Positions 14,960 to 29,000 of a DNA stretch of 64,000 nt are shown one piece after another. Numbering within the stretch: the stretch's first letter is position 1; each line of letters opens with the position of its first letter. Both the position numbers and the translations under genes were made by a program. This stretch comes from Auanema rhodensis (lineage: Eukaryota > Animalia > Nematoda), in NCBI GenBank assembly GCA_964057225.1, contig OZ059895.1, forward strand, positions 22,010,001-22,074,000, written 5' to 3'. The notes beneath the pieces were generated by a model. That model saw only the letters and a list, made by a program, of their open reading frames with translations, was not told where the DNA came from and did not search any database.

Positions 14960-17070
14960 GTCAAAAAACAAATTTTTATTGATATTGGTGCATGGCAACC
15001 ATGACTTTAAAATTTACGTGAACTTTAATTTATGCTAATTAAGTGTACACATGATGTGCACTTGGTATGTAACTCGCTTCACGTGAAAGATGAAGAGATG
15101 CGGTTTTCAAAATTAGATTCCCCATGTCCATATTAGTCTAAAAACAAATTTTTATTAATATTGGTGCATGGTAACCATGACTTTGAAATTTACGTGAACT
15201 TTAATTTATGCTAATTAAGTGTACACATGATGTGCACTTGGTATGTAACTCGCTTCACGTGAAAGATAAAGAGATGCGGTTTTCCAAATTAGATTTCGCA
15301 TGTCCATATTAGTCTAAAAACAAATTTTTATTGATATTGGTGCATGGTAACCATGACTTTGAAATTTACGTGAACTTTAATTTATGCTAATTAAGTGTAC
15401 ACATGATGTGCACTCGGTATGTAACTCGCTTCACGTGAAAGATGAAGAGATGCGGTTTTCAAAATTAGATTCCTCATGTCCATATTAGTCTAAAAACGAA
15501 TTTTTATTGATATTGGTGCATGGTAACCATGACTTTGAAATTTACGTGAACTTTAATTTATGCTTATTAAGTGTACACGTGATGTGCACTTGGTATGTAA
15601 CTCGCTTAACGTGAAATATAAAGGAATGCGGTTTTCAAAATTAGATTCCCCATGTCCATATTAGTCTAAAAACAAATTTTTATTGATATTGGTGCATGGT
15701 AACCATGACTTTAAAATTTACGTGAACTTTAATTTATGCTAATTAAGTGTACACATGATGTGCACTTGGTATGTAACTCGCTTCACGTGAAAGATGAAGA
15801 GATGCGGTTTTCAAAATTAGATTCCCCATGTCCATATTAGTCTAAAAACAAATTTTTATTGATATTGGTGCATGGTAACCATGACTTTGAAATTTACGTG
15901 AACTTTAATTTATGCTTATTAAGTGTACACGTGATGTGCACTTGGTATGTAACTCGCTTCACGTGAAAGATAAAGAGATGCGGTTTTCCAAATTAGATTT
16001 CGCATGTCCATATTAGTCAAAAAACAAATTTTTATTGATATTGGTGCATGGCAACCATGACTTTAAAATTTACGTGAACTTTAATTTATGCTAATTAAGT
16101 GTACACATGATGTGCACTTGGTATGTAACTCGCTTCACGTGAAAGATGAAGAGATGCGGTTTTCAAAATTAGATTCCCCATGTCCATATTAGTCTAAAAA
16201 CAAATTTTTATTAATATTGGTGCATGGTAACCATGACTTTGAAATTTACGTGAACTTTAATTTATGCTAATTAAGTGTACACATGATGTGCACTTGGTAT
16301 GTAACTCGCTTCACGTGAAAGATAAAGAGATGCGGTTTTCCAAATTAGATTTCGCATGTCCATATTAGTCTAAAAACAAATTTTTATTGATATTGGTGCA
16401 TGGTAACCATGACTTTGAAATTTACGTGAACTTTAATTTATGCTAATTAAGTGTACACATGATGTGCACTCGGTATGTAACTCGCTTCACGTGAAAGATG
16501 AAGAGATGCGGTTTTCAAAATTAGATTCCTCATGTCCATATTAGTCTAAAAACGAATTTTTATTGATATTGGTGCATGGTAACCATGACTTTGAAATTTA
16601 CGTGAACTTTAATTTATGCTTATTAAGTGTACACGTGATGTGCACTTGGTATGTAACTCGCTTAACGTGAAATATAAAGGAATGCGGTTTTCAAAATTAG
16701 ATTCCCCATGTCCATATTAGTCTAAAAACAAATTTTTATTGATATTGGTGCATGGTAACCATGACTTTAAAATTTACGTGAACTTTAATTTATGCTAATT
16801 AAGTGTACACATGATGTGCACTTGGTATGTAACTCGCTTCACGTGAAAGATGAAGAGATGCGGTTTTCAAAATTAGATTCCCCATGTCCATATTAGTCTA
16901 AAAACAAATTTTTATTGATATTGGTGCATGGTAACCATGACTTTGAAATTTACGTGAACTTTAATTTATGCTTATTAAGTGTACACGTGATGTGCACTTG
17001 GTATGTAACTCGCTTCACGTGAAAGATAAAGAGATGCGGTTTTCCAAATTAGATTTCGCATGTCCATATT
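14960..17070. repeat. Tandem 6-monomer (1056 bp) higher-order duplication
   Basis: GTCAAAAAAC at 14960/16016, CACTCGG at 15411/16467 and CGGTTTTCCA at 15981/17037 are all offset by 1056. Confidence 0.85.
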
Positions 17071-20000
17071 AGTCTAAAAACAAATTTTTATTGATATTGG
17101 TGCATGGTAACCATGACTTTGAAATTTACGTGAACTTTAATTTATGCTAATTAAGTGTACACATGATGTGCACTCGGTATGTAACTCGCTTCACGTGAAA
17201 GATGAAGAGATGCGGTTTTCAAAATTAGATTCCTCATGTCCATATTAGTCTAAAAACGAATTTTTATTGATATTGGTGCATGGTAACCATGACTTTGAAA
17301 TTTACGTGAACTTTAATTTATGCTTATTAAGTGTACACGTGATGTGCACTTGGTATGTAACTCGCTTAACGTGAAATATAAAGGAATGCGGTTTTCAAAA
17401 TTAGATTCCCCATGTCCATATTAGTCTAAAAACAAATTTTTATTGATATTGGTGCATGGTAACCATGACTTTAAAATTTACGTGAACTTTAATTTATGCT
17501 AATTAAGTGTACACATGAAGTGCACTTGGTATGTAACTCGCTTCACGTCAAAGATAAAGAGATGCGGTTTTCAAAATTAGATTCCCCATGTCCATATTAG
17601 TCTAAAAACAAATTTTTATTAATATTGGTGCATGGTAACCATGACTTTGAAATTTACGTGAAGTTTAATTTATGCTTATTAAGTGTACACGTGATGTGCA
17701 CTTGGTATGTAACTCGCTTCACGTGAAATATAAAGGGATGCGGTTTTCAAAATTAGATTCCCCATGTCCATATTAGTCTAAAAACAAATTTTTATTGATA
17801 TTGGTGCATGGTAACCATGACTTTGAAATTTACGTGAACTTTAATTTATGCTAATTAAGTGTACACATGATGTGCACTTGGTATGTAACTCGCTTCACGT
17901 GAAAGATGAAGAGATGCGGTTTTCAAAATTAGATTCCCCATGTCCATATTAGTCTAAAAACAAATTTTTATTAATATTGGTGCATGGTAACCATGACTTT
18001 GAAATTTACGTGAACTTTAATTTATGCTAATTAAGTGTACACATGATGTGCACTTGGTATGTAACTCGCTTCACGTGAAAGATAAAGAGATGCGGTTTTC
18101 CAAATTAGATTTCGCATGTCCATATTAGTCTAAAAACAAATTTTTATTGATATTGGTGCATGGTAACCATGACTTTGAAATTTACGTGAACTTTAATTTA
18201 TGCTAATTAAGTGTACACATGATGTGCACTCGGTATGTAACTCGCTTCACGTGAAAGATGAAGAGATGCGGTTTTCAAAATTAGATTCCTCATGTCCATA
18301 TTAGTCTAAAAACGAATTTTTATTGATATTGGTGCATGGTAACCATGACTTTGAAATTTACGTGAACTTTAATTTATGCTTATTAAGTGTACACGTGATG
18401 TGCACTTGGTATGTAACTCGCTTAACGTGAAATATAAAGGAATGCGGTTTTCAAAATTAGATTCCCCATGTCCATATTAGTCTAAAAACAAATTTTTATT
18501 GATATTGGTGCATGGTAACCATGACTTTAAAATTTACGTGAACTTTAATTTATGCTAATTAAGTGTACACATGATGTGCACTTGGTATGTAACTCGCTTC
18601 ACGTCAAAGATAAAGAGATGCGGTTTTCAAAATTAGATTCCCCATGTCCATATTAGTCTAAAAACAAATTTTTATTAATATTGGTGCATGGTAACCATGA
18701 CTTTGAAATTTACGTGAAGTTTAATTTATGCTTATTAAGTGTACACGTGATGTGCACTTGGTATGTAACTCGCTTCACGTGAAATATAAAGGGATGCGGT
18801 TTTCAAAATTAGATTCCCCATGTCCATATTAGTCTAAAAACAAATTTTTATTGATATTGGTGCATGGTAACCATGACTTTGAAATTAACGTGAACTTTAA
18901 TTTATGCTAATTAAGTGTACACATGATGTGCACTTGGTATGTAACTCGCTTCACGTCAAAGATAAAGAGATGCGGTTTTCAAAATTAGATTCCCCATGTC
19001 CATATTAGTCTAAAAACAAATTTTTATTAATATTGGTGCATGGTAACCATGACTTTGAAATTTACGTGAACTTTAATTTATGCTAATTAAGTGTACACGT
19101 GATGTGCACTTGGTATTTAACTCGCTTCACGTGAAAGATAAAGAGATGCGGTTTTCAAAATTAGATTCCCCATGTCCATATTAGTCTAAACACAAATTTT
19201 TATTGATATTGGTGCATGGTAACCATGACTTTGAAATTTACGTGAACTTTAATTTATGCTAATTAAGTGTACACGTGATGTGCTCTTGGTATGTAACTCG
19301 CTTCACGTGAAAGATAAAGAGATGCGGTTTTCAAAATTAGATTCCCCATGTCCATATTAGTCTAAAAACAAATTTTTATTAATATTGGTGCATGGTAACC
19401 ATGACTTTGAAATTTACGTGAAGTTTAATTTATGCTTATTAAGTGTACACGTGATGTGCACTTGGTATGTAACTCGCTTCACGTGAAAGATAAAGAGATG
19501 CGGTTTTCCAAATTAGATTTCGCATGTCCATATTAGTCTAAAAACAAATTTTTATTGATATTGGTGCATGGTAACCATGACTTTGAAATTTACGTGAACT
19601 TTAATTTATGCTAATTAAGTGTACACATGATGTGCACTCGGTATGTAACTCGCTTCACGTGAAAGATGAAGAGATGCGGTTTTCAAAATTAGATTCCTCA
19701 TGTCCATATTAGTCTAAAAACGAATTTTTATTGATATTGGTGCATGGTAACCATGACTTTGAAATTTACGTGAACTTTAATTTATGCTTATTAAGTGTAC
19801 ACGTGATGTGCACTTGGTATGTAACTCGCTTAACGTGAAATATAAAGGAATGCGGTTTTCAAAATTAGATTCCCCATGTCCATATTAGTCTAAAAACAAA
19901 TTTTTATTGATATTGGTGCATGGTAACCATGACTTTAAAATTTACGTGAACTTTAATTTATGCTAATTAAGTGTACACATGATGTGCACTTGGTATGTAA

Positions 20001-21812
20001 CTCGCTTCACGTCAAAGATAAAGAGATGCGGTTTTCAAAATTAGATTCCCCATGTCCATATTAGTCTAAAAACAAATTTTTATTAATATTGGTGCATGGT
20101 AACCATGACTTTGAAATTTACGTGAAGTTTAATTTATGCTTATTAAGTGTACACGTGATGTGCACTTGGTATGTAACTCGCTTCACGTGAAATATAAAGG
20201 GATGCGGTTTTCAAAATTAGATTCCCCATGTCCATATTAGTCTAAAAACAAATTTTTATTGATATTGGTGCATGGTAACCATGACTTTGAAATTTACGTG
20301 AACTTTAATTTATGCTAATTAAGTGTACACATGATGTGCACTTGGTATGTAACTCGCTTCACGTGAAAGATGAAGAGATGCGGTTTTCAAAATTAGATTC
20401 CCCATGTCCATATTAGTCTAAAAACAAATTTTTATTAATATTGGTGCATGGTAACCATGACTTTGAAATTTACGTGAACTTTAATTTATGCTAATTAAGT
20501 GTACACATGATGTGCACTTGGTATGTAACTCGCTTCACGTGAAAGATAAAGAGATGCGGTTTTCCAAATTAGATTTCGCATGTCCATATTAGTCTAAAAA
20601 CAAATTTTTATTGATATTGGTGCATGGTAACCATGACTTTGAAATTTACGTGAACTTTAATTTATGCTAATTAAGTGTACACATGATGTGCACTCGGTAT
20701 GTAACTCGCTTCACGTGAAAGATGAAGAGATGCGGTTTTCAAAATTAGATTCCTCATGTCCATATTAGTCTAAAAACGAATTTTTATTGATATTGGTGCA
20801 TGGTAACCATGACTTTGAAATTTACGTGAACTTTAATTTATGCTTATTAAGTGTACACGTGATGTGCACTTGGTATGTAACTCGCTTAACGTGAAATATA
20901 AAGGAATGCGGTTTTCAAAATTAGATTCCCCATGTCCATATTAGTCTAAAAACAAATTTTTATTGATATTGGTGCATGGTAACCATGACTTTAAAATTTA
21001 CGTGAACTTTAATTTATGCTAATTAAGTGTACACATGATGTGCACTTGGTATGTAACTCGCTTCACGTCAAAGATAAAGAGATGCGGTTTTCAAAATTAG
21101 ATTCCCCATGTCCATATTAGTCTAAAAACAAATTTTTATTAATATTGGTGCATGGTAACCATGACTTTGAAATTTACGTGAAGTTTAATTTATGCTTATT
21201 AAGTGTACACGTGATGTGCACTTGGTATGTAACTCGCTTCACGTGAAATATAAAGGGATGCGGTTTTCAAAATTAGATTCCCCATGTCCATATTAGTCTA
21301 AAAACAAATTTTTATTGATATTGGTGCATGGTAACCATGACTTTGAAATTAACGTGAACTTTAATTTATGCTAATTAAGTGTACACATGATGTGCACTTG
21401 GTATGTAACTCGCTTCACGTCAAAGATAAAGAGATGCGGTTTTCAAAATTAGATTCCCCATGTCCATATTAGTCTAAAAACAAATTTTTATTAATATTGG
21501 TGCATGGTAACCATGACTTTGAAATTTACGTGAACTTTAATTTATGCTAATTAAGTGTACACGTGATGTGCACTTGGTATTTAACTCGCTTCACGTGAAA
21601 GATAAAGAGATGCGGTTTTCAAAATTAGATTCCCCATGTCCATATTAGTCTAAACACAAATTTTTATTGATATTGGTGCATGGTAACCATGACTTTGAAA
21701 TTTACGTGAACTTTAATTTATGCTAATTAAGTGTACACGTGATGTGCTCTTGGTATGTAACTCGCTTCACGTGAAAGATAAAGAGATGCGGTTTTCAAAA
21801 TTAGATTCCCCA
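16960..21812. repeat. Near-tandem 14-monomer (2464 bp) higher-order duplication
   Basis: TTTCCAAA at 17041/19505, AAGTTT at 17661/20125, GAAATTAACG at 18881/21345 and TGCTCT at 19281/21745 are all offset by 2464. Confidence 0.85.
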
Positions 21813-23574
21813 TTTCCATATTAGTCAAAAAACAAATTTTTATTGATATTGGTGCATGGCAACCATGACTTTAAAATTTACGTGAACTTTAATTTATGCT
21901 AATTAAGTGTACACGTGATGTGCACTTGGTATGTAACTCGCTTCACGTGAAATATAAAGGGATGCGGTTTTCAAAATTAGATTCCCCATGTCCATATTAG
22001 TCTAAAAACAAATTTTTATTAATATTGGTGCATGGTAACCATGACTTTGAAATTTACGTGAAGTTTAATTTATGCTTATTAAGTGTACACGTGATGTGCA
22101 CTTGGTATGTAACTCGCTTCACGTGAAATATAAAGGGATGCGGTTTTCAAAATTAGATTCCCCATGTCCATATTAGTCTAAAAACAAATTTTTATTGATA
22201 TTGGTGCATGGTAACCATGACTTTGAAATTAACGTGAACTTTAATTTATGCTAATTAAGTGTACACGTGATGTGCACTTGGTATTTAACTCGCTTCACGT
22301 GAAAGATAAAGAGATGCGGTTTTCAAAATTAGATTCCCCATGTCCATATTAGTCTAAAAACAAATTTTTATTGATATTGGTGCATGGTAACCATGACTTT
22401 AAAATTTACGTGAACTTTAATTTATGCTAATTAAGTGTACACATGATGTGCACTTGGTATGTAACTCGCTTCACGTCAAAGATAAAGAGATGCGGTTTTC
22501 AAAATTAGATTCCCCATGTCCATATTAGTCTAAAAACAAATTTTTATTAATATTGGTGCATGGTAACCATGACTTTGAAATTTACGTGAAGTTTAATTTA
22601 TGCTTATTAAGTGTACACGTGATGTGCACTTGGTATGTAACTCGCTTCACGTGAAATATAAAGGGATGCGGTTTTCAAAATTAGATTCCCCATGTCCATA
22701 TTAGTCTAAAAACAAATTTTTATTGATATTGGTGCATGGTAACCATGACTTTGAAATTAACGTGAACTTTAATTTATGCTAATTAAGTGTACACATGATG
22801 TGCACTTGGTATGTAACTCGCTTCACGTCAAAGATAAAGAGATGCGGTTTTCAAAATTAGATTCCCCATGTCCATATTAGTCTAAAAACAAATTTTTATT
22901 AATATTGGTGCATGGTAACCATGACTTTGAAATTTACGTGAACTTTAATTTATGCTAATTAAGTGTACACGTGATGTGCACTTGGTATTTAACTCGCTTC
23001 ACGTGAAAGATAAAGAGATGCGGTTTTCAAAATTAGATTCCCCATGTCCATATTAGTCTAAACACAAATTTTTATTGATATTGGTGCATGGTAACCATGA
23101 CTTTGAAATTTACGTGAACTTTAATTTATGCTAATTAAGTGTACACGTGATGTGCTCTTGGTATGTAACTCGCTTCACGTGAAAGATAAAGAGATGCGGT
23201 TTTCAAAATTAGATTCCCCATTTCCATATTAGTCAAAAAACAAATTTTTATTGATATTGGTGCATGGCAACCATGACTTTAAAATTTACGTGAACTTTAA
23301 TTTATGCTAATTAAGTGTACACATGATGTGCACTTGGTATGTAACTCGCTTCACGTCAAAGATAAAGAGATGCGGTTTTCAAAATTAGATTCCCCATGTC
23401 CATATTAGTCTAAAAACAAATTTTTATTAATATTGGTGCATGGTAACCATGACTTTGAAATTTACGTGAACTTTAATTTATGCTAATTAAGTGTACACAT
23501 GATGTGCGCTTGGTATGTAACTCGCTTCACGTGAAAGATAAAGAGATGCGGTTTTCAAAATTAGATTCCCCATT

Positions 23575-26075
23575 TCCATATTAGTCTAAAAACAAATTTT
23601 TATTGATATTGGTGCATGGCAACCATGACTTTAAAATTTACGTGAACTTTAATTTATGCTAATTAAGTGTACACATGATGTGCACTTGGTATGTAACTCG
23701 TTTCACGTCAAAGATAAAGAGATGCGGTTTTCAAAATTGGATTCCCCATGTCCATATTAGTCTAAAAACAAATTTTTATTAATATTGATGCATGGTAACC
23801 ATGACTTTGAAATTTACGTGAACTTTAATTTATGCTAATTAAGTGTACACATGATGTGCACTTGGTATGTAACTCGCTTCACGTGAAATATAAAGGGATG
23901 CGGTTTTCAAAATTAGATTCCCCATGTCCATATTAGTCTAAACACAAATTTTTATTGATATTGGTGCATGGTAACCATGACTTTGAAATTTACGTGAACT
24001 TTAATTTATGCTAATTAAGTGTACACGTGATGTGCACTTGGTATGTAACTCGCTTCACGTGAAAGATAAAGAGATGCGGTTTTCAAAATTAGATTCCCCA
24101 TTTCCATATTAGTCAAAAAACAAATTTTTATTGATATTGGTGCATGGCAACCATGACTTTAAAATTTACGTGAACTTTAATTTATGCTAATTAAGTGTAC
24201 ACATGATGTGCACTTGGTATGTAACTCGCTTCACGTCAAAGATAAAGAGATGCGGTTTTCAAAATTAGATTCCCCATGTCCATATTAGTCTAAAAACAAA
24301 TTTTTATTAATATTGGTGCATGGTAACCATGACTTTGAAATTTACGTGAACTTTAATTTATGCTGATTAAGTGTACACATGATGTGCGCTTGGTATGTAA
24401 CTCGCTTCACGTGAAAGATAAAGAGATGCGGTTTTCAAAATTAGATTCCCCATTTCCATATTAGTCTAAAAACAAATTTTTATTGATATTGGTGCATGGC
24501 AACCATGACTTTAAAATTTACGTGAACTTTAATTTATGCTAATTAAGTGTACACATGATGTGCACTTGGTATGTAACTCGTTTCACGTCAAAGATAAAGA
24601 GATGCGGTTTTCAAAATTGGATTCCCCATGTCCATATTAGTCTAAAAACAAATTTTTATTAATATTGATGCATGGTAACCATGACTTTGAAATTTACGTG
24701 AACTTTAATTTATGCTAATTAAGTGTACACATGATGTGCACTTGGTATGTAACTCGCTTCACGTCAAAGATAAAGAGATGCGGTTTTCAAAATTAGATTC
24801 CCCATGTCCATATTAGTCTAAAAACAAATTTTTATTGATATTGGTGCATGGCAACCATGACTTTAAAATTTACGTGAACTTTAATTTATGCTAATTAAGT
24901 GTACACATGATGTGCACTTGGTATGTAACTCGTTTCACGTCAAAGATAAAGAGATGCGGTTTTCAAAATTGGATTCCCCATGTCCATATTAGTCTAAAAA
25001 CAAATTTTTATTAATATTGATGCATGGTAACCATGACTTTGAAATTTACGTGAACTTTAATTTATGCTAATTAAGTGTACACATGATGTGCACTTGGTAT
25101 GTAACTCGCTTCACGTGAAATATAAAGGGATGCGGTTTTCAAAATTAGATTCCCCATGTCCATATTAGTCTAAACACAAATTTTTATTGATATTGGTGCA
25201 TGGTAACCATGACTTTGAAATTTACGTGAACTTTAATTTATGCTAATTAAGTGTACACGTGATGTGCACTTGGTATGTAACTCGCTTCACGTGAAAGATA
25301 AAGAGATGCGGTTTTCAAAATTAGATTCCCCATTTCCATATTAGTCAAAAAACAAATTTTTATTGATATTGGTGCATGGCAACCATGACTTTAAAATTTA
25401 CGTGAACTTTAATTTATGCTAATTAAGTGTACACATGATGTGCACTTGGTATGTAACTCGCTTCACGTCAAAGATAAAGAGATGCGGTTTTCAAAATTAG
25501 ATTCCCCATGTCCATATTAGTCTAAAAACAAATTTTTATTAATATTGGTGCATGGTAACCATGACTTTGAAATTTACGTGAACTTTAATTTATGCTGATT
25601 AAGTGTACACATGATGTGCGCTTGGTATGTAACTCGCTTCACGTGAAAGATAAAGAGATGCGGTTTTCAAAATTAGATTCCCCATTTCCATATTAGTCTA
25701 AAAACAAATTTTTATTGATATTGGTGCATGGCAACCATGACTTTAAAATTTACGTGAACTTTAATTTATGCTAATTAAGTGTACACATGATGTGCACTTG
25801 GTATGTAACTCGTTTCACGTCAAAGATAAAGAGATGCGGTTTTCAAAATTGGATTCCCCATGTCCATATTAGTCTAAAAACAAATTTTTATTAATATTGA
25901 TGCATGGTAACCATGACTTTGAAATTTACGTGAACTTTAATTTATGCTAATTAAGTGTACACATGATGTGCACTTGGTATGTAACTCGCTTCACGTCAAA
26001 GATAAAGAGATGCGGTTTTCAAAATTAGATTCCCCATGTCCATATTAGTCTAAAAACAAATTTTTATTGATATTG
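23575..26075. repeat. Tandem 7-monomer (1232 bp) higher-order duplication
   Basis: The C of GGCAACC at 23620/24852 and the rare GCTGATT at 24362/25594 are offset by 1232. Confidence 0.8.
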
Positions 26076-29000
26076 GTGCATGGTAACCATGACTTTGAAA
26101 TTTACGTGAACTTTAATTTATGCTAATTAAGTGTACACATGATGTGCGCTTGGTATGTAACTCGCTTCACGTCAAAGATAAAGAGATGCGGTTTTCAAAA
26201 TTAGATTCCCCATGTCCATATTAGTCTAAAAACAAATTTTTATTGATATTGGTGCATGGTAACCATGACTTTGAAATTTACGTGAACTTTAATTTATGCT
26301 AATTAAGTGTACACATGATGTGCACTTGGTATGTAACTCGCTTCAAGTGAAAGATAAAGAGATGCGCTTTTCAAAATTAGATTTCGCATGTCCATATTAG
26401 TCTAAAAACAAATTTTTATTGATATTGGTGCATGGTAACCATGACTTTAAAATTTACGTGAACTTTAATTTATGCTAATTAAGTGTACACATGATGTGCA
26501 CTTGGTATGTAACTCGCTTCACGTCAAAGATAAAGAGATGCGGTTTTCAAAATTAGATTCCCCATGTCCATATTAGTCTAAAAACAAATTTTTATGAATA
26601 TTGGTGCATGGTAACCATGACTTTGAAATTTACGTGAACTTTAATTTATGCTAATTAAGTGTACACATGATGTGCACTTGGTATGTAACTCGCTTCACGT
26701 CAAAGATAAAGAGATGCGGTTTTCAAAATTAGATTCCCCATGTCCATATTAGTCTAAAAACAAATTTTTATTAATATTGGTGCATGGTAACCATGACTTT
26801 GAAATTTACGTGAACTTTAATTTATGCTAATTAAGTGTACACATGATGTGCACTTGGTATGTAACTCGCTTCACGTCAAAGATAAAGAGATGCGGTTTTC
26901 AAAATTAGATTTCGCATGTCCATATTAGTCTAAAAACAAATTTTTATTGATATTGGTGCATGGTAACCATGACTTTAAAATTTACGTGAACTTTAATTTA
27001 TGCTAATTAAGTGTACACATGATGTGCACTTGGTATGTAACTCGCTTCACGTCAAAGATAAAGAGATGCGGTTTTCAAAATTAGATTCCCCATGTCCATA
27101 TTAGTCTAAAAACAATTTTTTATCAATATTGGTGCATGGTAACCATGACTTTGAAATTTACGTGAACTTTAATTTATGCTAATTAAGTGTACAAATGATG
27201 TGCGCTTGGTATGTAACTCTCTTCACGTGAAAGATAAAGAGATGCGGTTTCCAAAATTAGATTCCTCATGTCCATATTAGTCTAAAAACGAATTTTTATT
27301 GATATTGGTGCATGGTAACCATGACTTTAAAATTTACGTGAACTTTAATTTATGCTAATTAAGTGTACACATGATGTGCACTTGGTATGTAACTTGCTTC
27401 ACGTCAAAGATAAAGAGATGCGGTTTTCAAAATTAGATTCCCCATGTCCATTTTAGTCTAAAAACGAATTTTTATTGATATTGGTGGATGGTAACCATGA
27501 CTTTAAAACTTACGTGAACTTCAATTTATGCTAATTAAGTGTACACGTGATGTGCACTTGGTATGTAACTCGCTTCACGTGAAAGATAAAGAGATGCGGT
27601 TTTCAAAATTAGATTCCTCATGTCCATATTAGTCTAAAAACGAATTTTTATTGATATTGGTGCATGGTAACCATGACTTTAAAATTTACGTGAACTTTAA
27701 TTTATGCTAATTAAGTGTACACATGATGTGCACTTGGTATGTAACTCGCTTCACGTCAAAGATAAAGAGATGCGGTTTTCAAAATTAGATTCCCCATGTC
27801 CATGTTAGTCTAAAAACAAATTTCTATTAATATTGGTGCATGGTAACTATGACTTTGAAATTTACGTGAACTTTAATTTATGCTAATTAAGTGTACACAT
27901 GATGTGCACTTGGTATGTAACTCGCTTCAAGTGAAAGATAAAGAGATGCGCTTTTCAAAATTAGATTTCGCATGTCCATATTAGTCTAAAAACAAATTTT
28001 TATTGATATTGGTGCATGGTAACCATGACTTTAAAATTTACGTGAACTTTAATTTATGCTAATTAAGTGTACACATGATGTGCACTTGGTATGTAACTCG
28101 CTTCACGTCAAAGATAAAGAGATGCGGTTTTCAAAATTAGATTCCCCATGTCCATATTAGTCTAAAAACAAATTTTCATGAATATTGGTGCATGGTAACC
28201 ATGACTTTGAAATTTACGTGAACTTTAATTTATGCTAATTAAGTGTACACATGATGTGCACTTGGTATGTAACTCGCTTCACGTCAAAGATAAAGAGATG
28301 CGGTTTTGAAAATTAGATTCCCCATGTCCATATTAGTCTAAAAACAAATTTTTATTAATATTGGTGCATGGTAACCATGACTTTGAAATTTACGTGAACT
28401 TTAATTTATGCTAATTAAGTGTACACATGATGTGCACTTGGTAAGTAACTCGCTTCACGTCAAAGATAAAGAGATGCGGTTTTCAAAATTAGATTCCCCA
28501 TGTCCATATTAGTCTAAAAACAATTTTTTATCAATATTGGTGCATGGTAACCATGACTTTGAAATTTACGTGAACTTTAATTTTTGCTAATTAAGTGTAC
28601 ACATGCTGTGCGCTTGGTATGTAACTCTCTTCACGTGAAAGATAAAGAGATGCGGTTTCCAAAATTAGATTCCCCATGTCCATATTAGTCTAAAAACAAA
28701 TTTTTATTGATATTGGTGCATGGTAACCATGACTTTAAAATTTACGTGAACTTTAATTTATGCTAATTAAGTGTACACATGATGTGCACTTGGTATGTAA
28801 CTCGCTTCACGTCAAAGATAAAGAAATGCGGTTTTCAAAATTAGATTCCCCATGTCCATGTTAGTCTAAAAACAAATTTCTATTAATATTGGTGCATGGT
28901 AACTATGACTTTGAAATTTACGTGAACTTTAATTTATGCTAATTAAGTGTACACATGATGTGCACTTGGTATGTAACTCGCTTCAAGTGAAAGATAAAGA

